Positions 40,647 to 50,347 of a DNA stretch of 51,259 nt are shown here, piece after piece. The stretch's first letter is position 1; every line of letters starts with the position of its first letter. Under the pieces are notes generated by a model, which was not told the origin of the DNA, did no database searches, and saw only the letters and a program-made list of their open reading frames with translations. Origin of the DNA: an uncultured bacterium (lineage in GTDB: Bacteria > Actinomycetota > Aquicultoria > SKW223 > CALKMS01); assembly GCA_938091145.1 (NCBI GenBank), contig CALKMS010000032.1, positions 1 through 51,259 of the forward strand. Reading direction: 5' to 3'. The position numbers and the translations under genes are program-made.

Positions 40647-41556
40647 TCGGCGCGGCTGATTGTTCAATTTTTCCGGTCTTAAGGAGATAGTCAAGTTTTA
40701 AGCCTTCCAAAAGCGCTTTTTCTAGCTCCTGGCATGAGAAATTGTTTGATTCGTTTATTAAATGGCGAATATAGTAGGGATTGAGGTTTAGCTTTTTGGC
40801 GATAGTTTTATAATCGGTAACCCCTTCAACGGTGAAAACTCTGACTTTCAACCATAGCCGCAGGCGACTTAGAACTTGGGATATAAAAATGGGAGCCTCT
40901 GAAGGGTAAGTAAACATTTTTGCCAGAAGTTTGAGGACTTGTTTTTTATCTTTTTGGGAAAGGGCTTTGAATAGTTTAAGGGTAAGGTTTTCTGTGCTTT
41001 CGCTCAATAAAAGTTTTAACTCCTGGCTACTGATTTTATTATGGCGAGCGAAATAAAGTGCGATTTTTTTTGCTTCTTGTTTAATTAGATTAAGGTTACT
41101 GCCGTATAAATTAATTAAAACCTCCAATAGCTTGTTGGAAACTTCCTTTCCATGCTTCCTGAACTCAGCTTGGATTTTTTTTCTTAGCCAATTCTCGTTA
41201 AAAACTATTTTTCTGGCTTCTTTGCAGTTTTTCAGAAATTCTGGTTTCAACAGAGGGTGTGGGGGTTTAAGTTCTCCAGCTAAAATGATTAAATGCCTTT
41301 CATCTGATTCTTTATAGTTTTGAATCAGATTGGTGATCAATTCCCTACTTAAATTTTCGCCGTGGTACACTACGTTTATTTCAAGATTTCCAAAAAAAGA
41401 AATAGTTGGTTGAGAAAGAAAAGTGTTTATTTTTTCTTTCTCCAAATCAACCTTTCGAATTTCAAATTGGCCCGGGTTTGCTTTCTGAAGCTCTTCTATT
41501 TTATCTTCGGCTTCAAAGTTTACTAGACTGAAGTCACCGTAAAAAAGATAGATCAT
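40591..41556 (-). CDS. holA: DNA polymerase III delta subunit
   Basis: 321 aa, MIYLFYGD... clamp-loader delta-like layout. Conserved position between comEC and the convergent rpsT. The call rests partly on synteny. Confidence 0.75.
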   Translation of the reverse strand: MIYLFYGDFSLVNFEAEDKIEELQKANPGQFEIRKVDLEKEKINTFLSQPTISFFGNLEINVVYHGENLSRELITNLIQNYKESDERHLIILAGELKPPHPLLKPEFLKNCKEARKIVFNENWLRKKIQAEFRKHGKEVSNKLLEVLINLYGSNLNLIKQEAKKIALYFARHNKISSQELKLLLSESTENLTLKLFKALSQKDKKQVLKLLAKMFTYPSEAPIFISQVLSRLRLWLKVRVFTVEGVTDYKTIAKKLNLNPYYIRHLINESNNFSCQELEKALLEGLKLDYLLKTGKIEQSAAPIILLEKIFQLWENSGKAD

Positions 41557-42139
41557 TCCAGCTCAAAATAACCTTGCTCGATTGCTTTGCTTATAGCTTG
41601 AAGTCTATCGTTTGCTTCCAACTTTTTATATGCTGACCGCAGGTGAGTTTTAATCGTGCTTTGAGAAAGAAAAAACCTTTTTGAGGCTTCTTTTCCTGTT
41701 AGCCCGTCCTTCATAAATTTTAAGATTTCTCTTTCGCGCATAGTGATTAACTCTTTTTTCACTTTAATCATAGCTTTTTCAAGCAAGGGAAAAACAAAAA
41801 TATTCCTTTTTCGGCGAATTTGAGAGCTTTTATGATGTCTTCAGTAGGTTCAGCCTTTAAAACGCACTCATCAAAGCAAGTTTTAAATTTAGGTGTTAAA
41901 AAAGCTTTTCTGGTGAAACCAGTTAATTGGATGTTTTTAATTTCCTTATCTAGCTCCAAACCACCTTGATTGTCAAGCTGCAAATCGATTACTACAAATT
42001 GAGACGCGCATTTCTCAATGAATTTGAGAGCCATATCAGGCGAAGAAAAACTTCCAATTACTTGATAACCGTTCGATTCGAGAATTTTTTTCACCCCTAT
42101 TTGGGAAACCTCATGGTCATCAACGACTACTACTTTCAT
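41553..42139 (-). pseudogene. NarL/LuxR-family response regulator split by a frameshift (REC ORF 41768..42139; HTH ORF 41553..41786)
   Basis: The REC domain is intact (VDDHE, VVIDLQL, LTGF, LKAE) and so is the LuxR HTH (LTMREREILKFM..STIKTHLRSAYKKL). The frames differ by one base within the T5-G-T5-C3 tract (plus-strand 41787-41802). Confidence 0.75.
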
Positions 42140-43901
42140 TTTTCTTCATTGTCCAGGGAAGTTCAATTTTAATTTCCGTGCCCTGACCTAACCTCGTTTT
42201 TATTTTTAGGTTTGCTTCTATTTCTTGAGCTCTTTCCCTAAGATTTCTTAGCCCTTTAGCTCCACCCTTTCTTTTGGCTTCTCGCAAGCTAAAACCCACT
42301 CCATCATCTTTTATTTTTATCAAAAAATATTTCCTAGCTTTATGGTAGCCCATCGTTATGACAACTTGCTTGGCTTGCGCATGCTTGAAAACGTTGTGGA
42401 GGGACTCTTGAATCATTCGAAATAAATGCTTTTGCACGAAGGGTGAGAGCAAAGGTAGATGACGATCCAAACTTAGCTTAGTTTCAATTCCAGTGTTTTT
42501 TTCAAAATTAGCTGAGTATTTTTTGACTAAATCATAAAAATCTTTTTCCAAGCTTGAACTTTCCCCGTCAAGAACAGCTAACTGTAAAGTCTTCAGGCTT
42601 CTTTCTACAATGTCTTTAGCTAAGTTGACTTTTTTTTCTAAGTTTTTCTTACCGCTTATGTTTAGGGAATCAAGAATGCGGCTTAAGCCGTAAAGCTCTA
42701 GAAGTACTGAGTCATGCAACTCTTTTGCTATTTTGTTTCTTTCTTCAGTGATGATAGTGTTTTTGATTTTTTCACGGGATAGAGCATGGAAAAAGGCTAA
42801 CGAAATTTGCCCAGCAAAGGTTTTTAAAAGTTCTAAATCTTCAAAAGAGAAATTTTTGTTTTCGGTGGCTTCAACTAGCAAAGCTCCCTCTACTTTATTT
42901 TCAACGATTAGAGGGATGAAAACAAAAGTTGAACTGGTTGAGCAACCAATAAGCCTTTGAGCTTCAGTTGCCAGAGGGTGAGAAGAATTAACCACGATCA
43001 ATTCTTTCTTTTTTTGCAAAGCCAAGCCGAGCGCCGATTGATTTCCAATCTCAATCACAGGAATTTCCTCAAATTTTTCTTTAAAACGTTTTGATCGAAA
43101 CCAGCGAGAGATGCTTTCGCTTTCAATTAAACACAAAGCAGCTCTAGGAAATCCAGTGCTTTCCAAGGAATGCAAACAAGTTTTAACCATTTCTTTAATT
43201 TCGGTTTGGATTGAGATGTTTTGGGCTATTTTTTGGATGGTTGAAATCTGAGCTAAGCTTTGCTTTACTTTTTCTAATGCTTTTTTAGCTTTTTTCTCTT
43301 CTAACTTCAGGGCTTCTTGCTGCTGGTCTGAGCGATCAATGACTTTGGAGAGAAAGGTGATTATAAAGATGACAGCAAAAAAATAAAAGTAATGAGCAAT
43401 CAGAATGTCTAACTCTTTTAGCTTTTTAATGACAGCCGGGGTAAAGCCATTTACAACTAGTGTTAGATAATAAAGGATAGACCAGAGTAGAAGCACAAGT
43501 GTAGAAACTTTCCAGGTGGAATAACGAGCGAAAATTATCAACACCGAGATGGTGTAGACAAAGAAAGGGCTTCTCCACCCTCTGCTTAGAGCAAGCAAGA
43601 TGGCGCATAAGAAAAGGTCGAAAAGCCAAAAAAAATAAATCTGGTGAAAATTTTTGGCAAGAGTTTTAAGCTTTAAGACCAGTATGAGATTGTAAGCGAG
43701 AGCGGTGTACCATAACAGGTCAAATAGTGGTATTTCTTCAAAGGGAGAAATATTTGAGTGCATTATTAGGTAAGCCAGAATCAATGCACAGAGGCGAAAG
43801 GCAAGAATTGCTATTAGAGATTTTCGATTAGTTTCCTTAGAATTGGGTTTTAATTGATAAGGATTCTCCTTCTTTTTTAATTTTAATCCAGCCGTCTTCA
43901 T
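42120..43901 (-). CDS. Sensor histidine kinase (multi-TM N-domain, GAF-like domain, HisKA_3, HATPase_c)
   Basis: H-box ERNKIAKELHDSVLLELYG (HisKA_3), N/G boxes (HNVFKHA; DDGVGF; GLRNLRERA), and about 6 predicted TM helices. The 5' end overlaps comEC by 65 nt. Confidence 0.88.
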   Translation of the reverse strand: MKTAGLKLKKKENPYQLKPNSKETNRKSLIAILAFRLCALILAYLIMHSNISPFEEIPLFDLLWYTALAYNLILVLKLKTLAKNFHQIYFFWLFDLFLCAILLALSRGWRSPFFVYTISVLIIFARYSTWKVSTLVLLLWSILYYLTLVVNGFTPAVIKKLKELDILIAHYFYFFAVIFIITFLSKVIDRSDQQQEALKLEEKKAKKALEKVKQSLAQISTIQKIAQNISIQTEIKEMVKTCLHSLESTGFPRAALCLIESESISRWFRSKRFKEKFEEIPVIEIGNQSALGLALQKKKELIVVNSSHPLATEAQRLIGCSTSSTFVFIPLIVENKVEGALLVEATENKNFSFEDLELLKTFAGQISLAFFHALSREKIKNTIITEERNKIAKELHDSVLLELYGLSRILDSLNISGKKNLEKKVNLAKDIVERSLKTLQLAVLDGESSSLEKDFYDLVKKYSANFEKNTGIETKLSLDRHLPLLSPFVQKHLFRMIQESLHNVFKHAQAKQVVITMGYHKARKYFLIKIKDDGVGFSLREAKRKGGAKGLRNLRERAQEIEANLKIKTRLGQGTEIKIELPWTMKKNESSSR

Positions 43902-45990
43902 CGGTCCGATAAATAATTGTATTTTCTTTTTTTAACAGAGAAATGACTTTCAGTTTAGGATGGCCATATTGGTTGTTTTTTCCTGCGCTAATTATACCAA
44001 TTTTTGGTTTTATTCTATTTAAAAATTCAGGTCGGAGAAAACCTCCGTGATGGGGGAGTTTTAAAACAGTTGCGGGTTTGATTTTATTTGCGAGCCAACG
44101 TTGACTTTTATTTTCGGCATCACCTGGGAACAAGAAAGAAAATTTTCCGGCATGGACAATCGCTGTTAGAGGAGATTCGTTAAGGTTGCCTTCAAGATAA
44201 AATGGTATGAGTTCAATAGTTCCTTTAGTAAGCTTGAAGGTGGCGGCACGTTTTTGAAAATAAATTTTTACTTTCGCTTGTCGATATTTCGAAATCAGTT
44301 TTTGAAACTCTTTTGACTTTGGGTAGTATTGGGAATAAAGGCTCCAGGTTTTAAACTTGACAGGTAAATCGTAAAGACCACCAATATGATCGCGATGAGG
44401 GTGAGAAAGAACAACGGCGTCAATTTTTTGAATCCCCATTGAGTTCAAATTTTTGGAAAGCAAGAAACATGAAGCTCCGCCGTCAATCAAGATGTTTTGT
44501 CCCTTGGGAAGCTGGATAAGACAAGCATCACCTTGACCAACATTTAAAAAAGTAAAAGTTGGAGGCCGAAAATAAGTACCTAGCGAGTGATACCAGAGAG
44601 CAAAAGAAAAAAAGAGAAGGTAGCATCTCAAAAAGTTAAAAAGATTAATTTTTGGTTTTTGTTTTAAAAGAATTTTGAAGGCTGGTATTAAAAAGAGGGG
44701 GGAAAAGGTTAATGCAGCTAAAGTAGAATTTGATAGAGGAAAAAAAGAAAGAATTTTTACAATCCAAATTATTGCTCTTGTGATTAAAAAAATCAAAGGC
44801 ATTAGCAGTAAAGCGATAGGTTTAAAAAAAAGACTTATAAAGAGAGCGAGAAAGGATATGAAGGTGTTCAAAGTGAAGAGAGGGATGATTAAAAGGTTTG
44901 ATAGAAAAGAGACCGAAGGAAAACTGCCAAAAGCATAGAGTACCAGTGGAAGGGTTCCCAGTTGAGCAGAAAGAGTAATGTTGATAAGGCTTTTTAAACT
45001 TTCGGGATAAATGCAAATAAACTCTTCAAGCATTGGCTTAAAAAATCCAATGCCCGCGACAGCCAAAACCGAAAGCTGAAAACTCAAGTTATAGAGCAAA
45101 AAAGGATTAAAAAGAAGCATTATAAAGCAAGCAAGCGAAAGGTTGTTAATTATTTGGTGGTTCCGGCCAATTTCTAAAGTAAGAAAACTTATGAGAATCA
45201 TTAATGAGGCTCTGGTAACCGAGGGGGTTAGGTCAGCCAAGGCGGCGTAGATGAAGAGAAGAGAAAAACTGAGAAGATAGCGGGGTAAACGAGGAAAGAA
45301 AGAAAAAATTGACAAGAAAAGGAAAAATAGGAATCCGACATGGAGGCCAGAGATTGCTAGCAAATGGGCAGCCCCAGTTTTTTGAAAGAGTCCGTATAAT
45401 TCAGGCTCAAGCTCCATTCGACCAAAGAGAGAAGAAGTTACTAAATTTGCTTCTTTAGGTGGTAAATTTTCTTTGAAAAAAAGATAAGAACGATCTTTGA
45501 TTTTTGTCAAAAGCTTTTGATACCAGGATTTAGGCTTTTTGATGATTAGCGGGCAAAGAATAGAAAAGCTTTGGTTGGCGTTTTTTATTAATTTACCCTT
45601 TAACCTTATTTTTTCCCCATAACGAAGCGATGAAGCATAAGATTGACTTAAGTAGATTTTTCCTTCTGCTTGGTAAACACAGTTTTTATAAATAATATTT
45701 TTCACCTGAATAAAATAGCTTTGGTTATTTTTTTCAATTTCGCCTTCGGTTTCAACTGTTTTGTCTTTAAATTTTTCCAACGAATGACAAACCGAAACCC
45801 TTATCCAGCCTAGAATTAGAAAAACAAAGATAGCAAAGAAAATTGGTAGCGATTTTGATTTGGTTAAAAAGGAGAAGATTAAAGGGATAAAAAATAGGGC
45901 GACAATAAAACTGCTTTGGTTGCGGGTTTTTAATAGTATGCCAAGTGAGAAACTTAGAGTAAACCAGAAAAATGGGGTAAAGCGGTTCAT
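43837..45990 (-). CDS. comEC: DNA internalization-related competence protein ComEC/Rec2
   Basis: Polytopic competence domain (TGAAHLLAISGLHVG) plus a C-terminal metallo-beta-lactamase domain (VLSHPHRDHIGG). Confidence 0.92.
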   Translation of the reverse strand: MNRFTPFFWFTLSFSLGILLKTRNQSSFIVALFFIPLIFSFLTKSKSLPIFFAIFVFLILGWIRVSVCHSLEKFKDKTVETEGEIEKNNQSYFIQVKNIIYKNCVYQAEGKIYLSQSYASSLRYGEKIRLKGKLIKNANQSFSILCPLIIKKPKSWYQKLLTKIKDRSYLFFKENLPPKEANLVTSSLFGRMELEPELYGLFQKTGAAHLLAISGLHVGFLFFLFLSIFSFFPRLPRYLLSFSLLFIYAALADLTPSVTRASLMILISFLTLEIGRNHQIINNLSLACFIMLLFNPFLLYNLSFQLSVLAVAGIGFFKPMLEEFICIYPESLKSLINITLSAQLGTLPLVLYAFGSFPSVSFLSNLLIIPLFTLNTFISFLALFISLFFKPIALLLMPLIFLITRAIIWIVKILSFFPLSNSTLAALTFSPLFLIPAFKILLKQKPKINLFNFLRCYLLFFSFALWYHSLGTYFRPPTFTFLNVGQGDACLIQLPKGQNILIDGGASCFLLSKNLNSMGIQKIDAVVLSHPHRDHIGGLYDLPVKFKTWSLYSQYYPKSKEFQKLISKYRQAKVKIYFQKRAATFKLTKGTIELIPFYLEGNLNESPLTAIVHAGKFSFLFPGDAENKSQRWLANKIKPATVLKLPHHGGFLRPEFLNRIKPKIGIISAGKNNQYGHPKLKVISLLKKENTIIYRTDEDGWIKIKKEGESLSIKTQF

Positions 45991-46625
45991 TCTACAGTGA
46001 CTAAGTCTTTTATTTGAGAGAATTTTTTCTTTCCAATCCCTTCGATCTCTTTTAACTCTTCTATTTTTTGGAAGCCTTCGTTTTTTTCTCGATATTCGAT
46101 AATTCTTTGAGCCAGAGTTTCTCCAAGACCCGGTAGAGACTCCAGTTCTTCTAGGCTGGCAGTGTTTAAATTTATCAGTTTGTTTTTATCAGCATTGGTT
46201 GAAGAAAGATTTAAACTGGATTCTTTTCCAGGGATGATGATTTTTTCGCCGTCACGGAGTTTGCGAGCTAGATTAATTGCATCAAGATTAGCCCCTTTTT
46301 TTGTTCCCCCAGCTGCTTTTACGGCATCAATTACTCTTTTGCCAGTCGGGAAGTAATAAACTCCTGGTTTTTTCACTTCACCGCCAATATGGACGGCAAT
46401 TTTGGCTTCTGTGGCAAACTCTTTGCTAAAATTTAGCTTTCTTTCGCTCTTTTCAATTAACTTGAGTGGTTTTGGCAGGGATAGATAGTAGTAAAAGCTA
46501 ACTCCACCGAGAAATAAAAGCAAGAGAATTGCTAGACCGATTTGTTGTTTGAAAGTAAGAACCAAGCCGTTTTCTTCACAAAACTTATCCCATCTCTCTC
46601 TTAAGAAATCAAACCACGCTCTCAA
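45987..46625 (-). CDS. comEA: Competence protein ComEA (membrane anchor, SLBB, helix-hairpin-helix DNA-binding)
   Basis: TTG start 6 nt after GGAGG. VHIGGEVKKPGVY (SLBB) and LNTASLEELESLPGLGETLAQRIIEYR (HhH). Confidence 0.9.
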   Translation of the reverse strand: MRAWFDFLRERWDKFCEENGLVLTFKQQIGLAILLLLFLGGVSFYYYLSLPKPLKLIEKSERKLNFSKEFATEAKIAVHIGGEVKKPGVYYFPTGKRVIDAVKAAGGTKKGANLDAINLARKLRDGEKIIIPGKESSLNLSSTNADKNKLINLNTASLEELESLPGLGETLAQRIIEYREKNEGFQKIEELKEIEGIGKKKFSQIKDLVTVE

Positions 46626-46767
46626 GGCACCCCTCCAAACGATTAAAAGTTACCGTATTATCATTTTTAAATCAACCCCAATTTTAGAAGCGAAATCAGC
46701 ATCTGATATATTGGGGCCTTTTATCGGGTTTTAGAGTGATTGTAACGGATTGAAAAGCATCGATGTG

Positions 46768-46796
46768 TTGAATTGGTTGCTCTTCTATCCTATAAT
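46768..46796 (+). promoter_or_regulatory. Near-consensus promoter for tRNA-Pro (TTGAAT-N17-TATAAT)
   Basis: -35 at 46768-46773, 17-nt spacer, -10 at 46791-46796. The tRNA 5' end lies 22 nt downstream. Confidence 0.6.
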
Positions 46797-46817
46797 CAAG
46801 CTGAAGTTTCATAAAGT

Positions 46818-46894
46818 CGGGGCGTGGCGCAGGTGGCTAGCGCACCAGCATGGGGGGCTGGAGGTCGCCCGTTCAAATCGGGTCGCCCCGACCA
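46818..46894 (+). tRNA. tRNA-Pro (anticodon GGG), CCA encoded
   Basis: Hand-folded cloverleaf. Acceptor CGGGGCG/CGCCCCG, D stem GCGC/GCGC, anticodon stem CCAGC/GCUGG with loop AU-GGG-GG (U33, G37), variable loop AGGUC, T arm GCCCG-UUCAAAU-CGGGU, discriminator A plus CCA. Confidence 0.93.
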
Positions 46895-46945
46895 TTTCAG
46901 ATTGAAACATTGGTCTCTTTCATAATTTAATTGTGTATGGCAAAA

Positions 46946-46986
46946 GTGGCTAGCGCACCAGCATGGGGGGCTGGAGGTCGCCCGTT
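46946..46986 (+). repeat. Exact 41-nt copy of the interior of tRNA-Pro (D loop through the 5' half of the T stem, matching 46833-46873)
   Basis: Base-by-base identity of gtggctagcgcaccagcatggggggctggaggtcgcccgtt at 46833-46873 and 46946-46986. Flanks are unrelated. Flanking GGCAAA at 46939-46944 and 47008-47013. Confidence 0.95.
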
Positions 46987-47205
46987 TTTGCCATACTTTA
47001 ACGGGTAGGCAAATCAATTTTTCGACTAGTGATTAAAGGTTTATTTTGGTTTTATTAGAGAGCCTTTTAGAGTTTTTCTAGCTTTGTTGTGTTTTTGGGC
47101 AAAGATAAAAAATTTTTAAGCTTTGGAGTTTTAAGTTTTTGAGAACCATTTTTTAAAGAGGTGACTGAAATACTTTACTCTAAGGAGTTACGAAAAGATT
47201 TTTAC

Positions 47206-47234
47206 TTACCTGAGAAAGCTTTTTAGGGTAAAAT
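47206..47234 (+). promoter_or_regulatory. Weak possible promoter (TTACCT-N17-TAAAAT) ending 6 nt before the ATG (leaderless candidate)
   Basis: -10 TAAAAT at 47229-47234, then aattgc, then ATG 47241. No SD upstream of the start. Confidence 0.25.
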
Positions 47235-47240
47235 AATTGC

Positions 47241-47825
47241 ATGTCATCATTTGGAAAGCAAAACGAAAAAATTTTTAATTTACCTAATTTGTTGACTTTA
47301 ATTAGGCTAATTATGATCCCTGCTTTTCTTTATTTTTTCTTTCATTGGCCGGTTTTCCCTGTCTGGGCTCTACTTTTATTTGCGTTTTTAACTGATTTTC
47401 TTGATGGCCAGTTAGCTCGAAGATTGGATGAGGTAACCCGTTTTGGAGTTGTTTTTGATCCACTGGTTGACCGCCTTTTTATTTTTTCAGTATTGGTCGC
47501 ATATTATATTCGAGGTTATCTTTCCTTGCTTTTTGTTCTCCCAGTTTTGGCTCGTGATTTCTTAGTCGTGGTTGGTTATCTTTTTTTGAAACTCCGAAAA
47601 GTCTCGTTAGGTGTTTCGCTTTTTGGCAAAATTGCTACTTTTTTGATTTTTAGCAGCTTAGTGATGGTGGTTTTACCTGAAATGGAAAGTTGGGGTCTAT
47701 CTATTTATGTTATAGGCGCTTTAGTTTATTTGTACTCGGCTTTTGATTATTTTCTGATTGCTCGGCATGTCTTAAAAAAAGAAATCTCATCTAAATCTAG
47801 AGCCACCAATTTTCTTGGCGCTTAG
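47241..47825 (+). CDS. CDP-alcohol phosphatidyltransferase family protein
   Basis: Full signature D-x2-DG-x2-AR-x8-G-x3-D-x3-D ([26 protein letters not shown]), [11 protein letters not shown], and about 5-6 TM helices. Confidence 0.88.
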   Translation: MSSFGKQNEKIFNLPNLLTLIRLIMIPAFLYFFFHWPVFPVWALLLFAFLTDFLDGQLARRLDEVTRFGVVFDPLVDRLFIFSVLVAYYIRGYLSLLFVLPVLARDFLVVVGYLFLKLRKVSLGVSLFGKIATFLIFSSLVMVVLPEMESWGLSIYVIGALVYLYSAFDYFLIARHVLKKEISSKSRATNFLGA

Positions 47826-47836
47826 GAGGTAAAGAA

Positions 47837-50347
47837 ATGGCTGTAAAAGCGGTAGTGATGGCTGGAGGCGAGGGGACAAGACTCAGGCCTTTAACCAGTA
47901 ACTTGCCAAAACCAATGATTAATGTGGCGAATCGTCCAGTAATGGAATACATTTTGCTTTTACTGAAAAGGCACGGTATTAAAGAGGTGGTGGTGACTCT
48001 TCACTTTTTGCCTCAGCTAATTCGTCACTATTTTTCTTCTGGCAAAGATTTTGGAATGGCTATTAAATATGTGACTGAAGAAGAGCCATTGGGAACGGCT
48101 GGCGGGGTTAAAAATGCCGAAAGATATCTTAATGACACTTTTATCGTTATCAGTGGCGATGCCTTAACTGATTTTGATTTGACTCGACTTATTGAGTTTC
48201 ATAAGAAAAAAGGAGCCTTGGTAACGATTGCTTTAAAAGAGGTTGAAAATCCGCTGGAGTATGGGATTGTGATAACTGCTGAAGACGGTAGGATAGAGAA
48301 GTTTTTGGAGAAGCCGGGATGGAGCGAAGTTTTTAGCAATACTGTCAACACCGGAATATATGTAATAGAGCCGGAAGTGCTCAACTATATTCCTTCTGGT
48401 AGGCCTTTCGATTTTAGCAAGGATCTGTTTCCGATGCTTTTAGCGGAAAAGAAATCCATTTACGGATATGTGGCCAAAGGTTATTGGTGCGACATTGGCG
48501 ATCTAGAACAGTATCGAAAAGCAAACTTTGACCTTTTACTGGGCAAGTTAAAGTTTGAGCCTGCCGGGATTAAAATGGCTAATCATGTTTGGGTAGGTGA
48601 AGGTGTCTCAATCGACCCTAAAGCCAAAATTGATGGACCTTCTTTAATTGGTCCCCATGTAAAGATTGAGAAGGGAGTTAGTATTGGTGAGCTTTCGATC
48701 ATTGGGCATAATGCTGTTTTAAAGGAGGGAGCACATATCCACCGAGCAATTGTGTCTGATAACGTTTTTGTTGGTGCCAATGCTGTTTTGCATAATTGTA
48801 TTGTTGGTCGGAATAGCGAGATAAGAAAGGGTGCTCGGATTGAAGAAAGGGCAGTTATTGGTGATGAATGTATTGTGGGAGCTGATACATTTATCGGCCA
48901 TGATGTTAAAATATATCCATTTAAGACGGTCGAGGCTGGGGCAATTGTGAATCGAAGCATTGTTTGGGAGACTCGAGGGGTAAGAAATCTTTTTGGACCA
49001 AAAGGAGCGGAAGGATTGATAAATGTCGATATAACTCCTGATTTTGCTCTTCGCTTAGCAATGGCTTATGGTTCTCTTTTACCGGTTGGTTCGACAGTGG
49101 TTTGCGGGCGTGATGCTAGCTGGGCTGCTCGGATGATAAATCGGGCTATAATTGCTGGTTTAACAGGAGTGGGAATTAACGTTAAGGATTTGAGGGTTTG
49201 TTCGGCTCCGGTTGCCAGATTTGCAGTTGTGAACTCTGCTAGCCAGGGTGGAATCCATGTTAGAGTTTCTCCTTTCGATAACCAATCCCTTCAAATCCAG
49301 TTTTTTAATGAAAAAGGGATTGATATTGAGGAGGATTTCCAGCGGAAAATTGAGAGATATTTTTTCCGAGAAGATTTTCGCCGCGCGTTCTACAGCGAAA
49401 TTGGAAAAATTGAGTACCAAGCTCGAATGATGGAGTATTATACTTCCGCTCTTTGTAAGACTTTTTCCCTCTGTGAGACCAAAAGACTGTCTAAGAAAAT
49501 AGTTGTTGATCATTCTTTTGGCACTTCTGCTTTGATTTTTCCCTTTATTCTGGGGAAAATAGGGTGTGATGCTATTTCATTAAACGCTTATACCGATGAA
49601 AGTCGAACTACTCTTTCTTTTGATGAGTTCGAAAAAGCGCTGAATCACTTGTCAGAAATTGTTAAGGTTTTTCAGGCTGACTTTGGGGTTTTAATTGATA
49701 GTGCTGGAGAAAAAATATATCTTGTTGATAACGAGGGTAATCGTGTAAACCCCGATGTTTTGCTTTTGCTTTTTGTTAAGTTTGTTTCTTCTCTGGAAAA
49801 AAGAAAAGGGAAAATTGTTTTGCCGGTCAGTGTTTCTTACCTAGCTGAAGAGATTGCAGCCGCTTATGGTCGGAAGGTTTTGAGAGTTAAAATGAGCCCT
49901 GCTGAGTGGATGAGAGCGGCCACTCGTCCGGATGTTGTTTTTGCCGGTGCTCAAGGCGGAGGTTTTATTTTTCCCCGATTTATTCCCGCCTACGATGGCG
50001 TGATGTCTACCTTAAAACTACTGGAATATCTTTCCCATTTTGAAGCACCACTCTCGGGAATCATCGGGCAAATACCTCAACCATCTCTTGTTCAAAAGGT
50101 TGTTTACTGCTCGTGGGAGAAAAAAGGCGAAGTGATTCGGGTTTTAGTGGAGAAATATAGAGGCGCAGAGAAAGACCTTTTGGATGGGGTGAAAATTTAT
50201 CACGGGAGCAAGAAAAAGTGGACATTGGTGCTTCCTGATCCGATCGATCCCGTTTTGAGAATTTACACTGAGGGCGAAGATAATCGCGAAGCCCTCGCTC
50301 TGGCTGAAGACATGATTGGAGAGGTGAAGGAGATTATTGAAGAGTAA
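47837..50347 (+). CDS. Fusion protein: sugar-1-phosphate nucleotidyltransferase, left-handed beta-helix, and a phosphohexomutase-like domain with degenerate catalytic motifs
   Basis: N-terminus [16 protein letters not shown] and GTAGG. Hexapeptide repeats at about residues 250-370. The C-terminal PGM/PMM fold has VSPFDN in place of TASHNP and IDSAGEK in place of DGDADR. Confidence 0.85.
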   Translation: MAVKAVVMAGGEGTRLRPLTSNLPKPMINVANRPVMEYILLLLKRHGIKEVVVTLHFLPQLIRHYFSSGKDFGMAIKYVTEEEPLGTAGGVKNAERYLNDTFIVISGDALTDFDLTRLIEFHKKKGALVTIALKEVENPLEYGIVITAEDGRIEKFLEKPGWSEVFSNTVNTGIYVIEPEVLNYIPSGRPFDFSKDLFPMLLAEKKSIYGYVAKGYWCDIGDLEQYRKANFDLLLGKLKFEPAGIKMANHVWVGEGVSIDPKAKIDGPSLIGPHVKIEKGVSIGELSIIGHNAVLKEGAHIHRAIVSDNVFVGANAVLHNCIVGRNSEIRKGARIEERAVIGDECIVGADTFIGHDVKIYPFKTVEAGAIVNRSIVWETRGVRNLFGPKGAEGLINVDITPDFALRLAMAYGSLLPVGSTVVCGRDASWAARMINRAIIAGLTGVGINVKDLRVCSAPVARFAVVNSASQGGIHVRVSPFDNQSLQIQFFNEKGIDIEEDFQRKIERYFFREDFRRAFYSEIGKIEYQARMMEYYTSALCKTFSLCETKRLSKKIVVDHSFGTSALIFPFILGKIGCDAISLNAYTDESRTTLSFDEFEKALNHLSEIVKVFQADFGVLIDSAGEKIYLVDNEGNRVNPDVLLLLFVKFVSSLEKRKGKIVLPVSVSYLAEEIAAAYGRKVLRVKMSPAEWMRAATRPDVVFAGAQGGGFIFPRFIPAYDGVMSTLKLLEYLSHFEAPLSGIIGQIPQPSLVQKVVYCSWEKKGEVIRVLVEKYRGAEKDLLDGVKIYHGSKKKWTLVLPDPIDPVLRIYTEGEDNREALALAEDMIGEVKEIIEE

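Noticed and set aside
46796-47017. The 73-aa minus-strand ORF.
   Set aside because: It lies antisense across the tRNA-Pro gene and its 41-nt copy. The repeated peptide segments are just the translated repeat.
46818-47240. A genomic island or prophage integrated at tRNA-Pro, with attL/attR formed by the 41-nt repeat.
   Set aside because: Only 72 nt separate the two copies, and no integrase, excisionase or foreign-looking genes lie nearby. The repeat also covers the tRNA interior rather than the 3' end usually duplicated by integration. The idea is kept only as a possible scar scenario in the finding.
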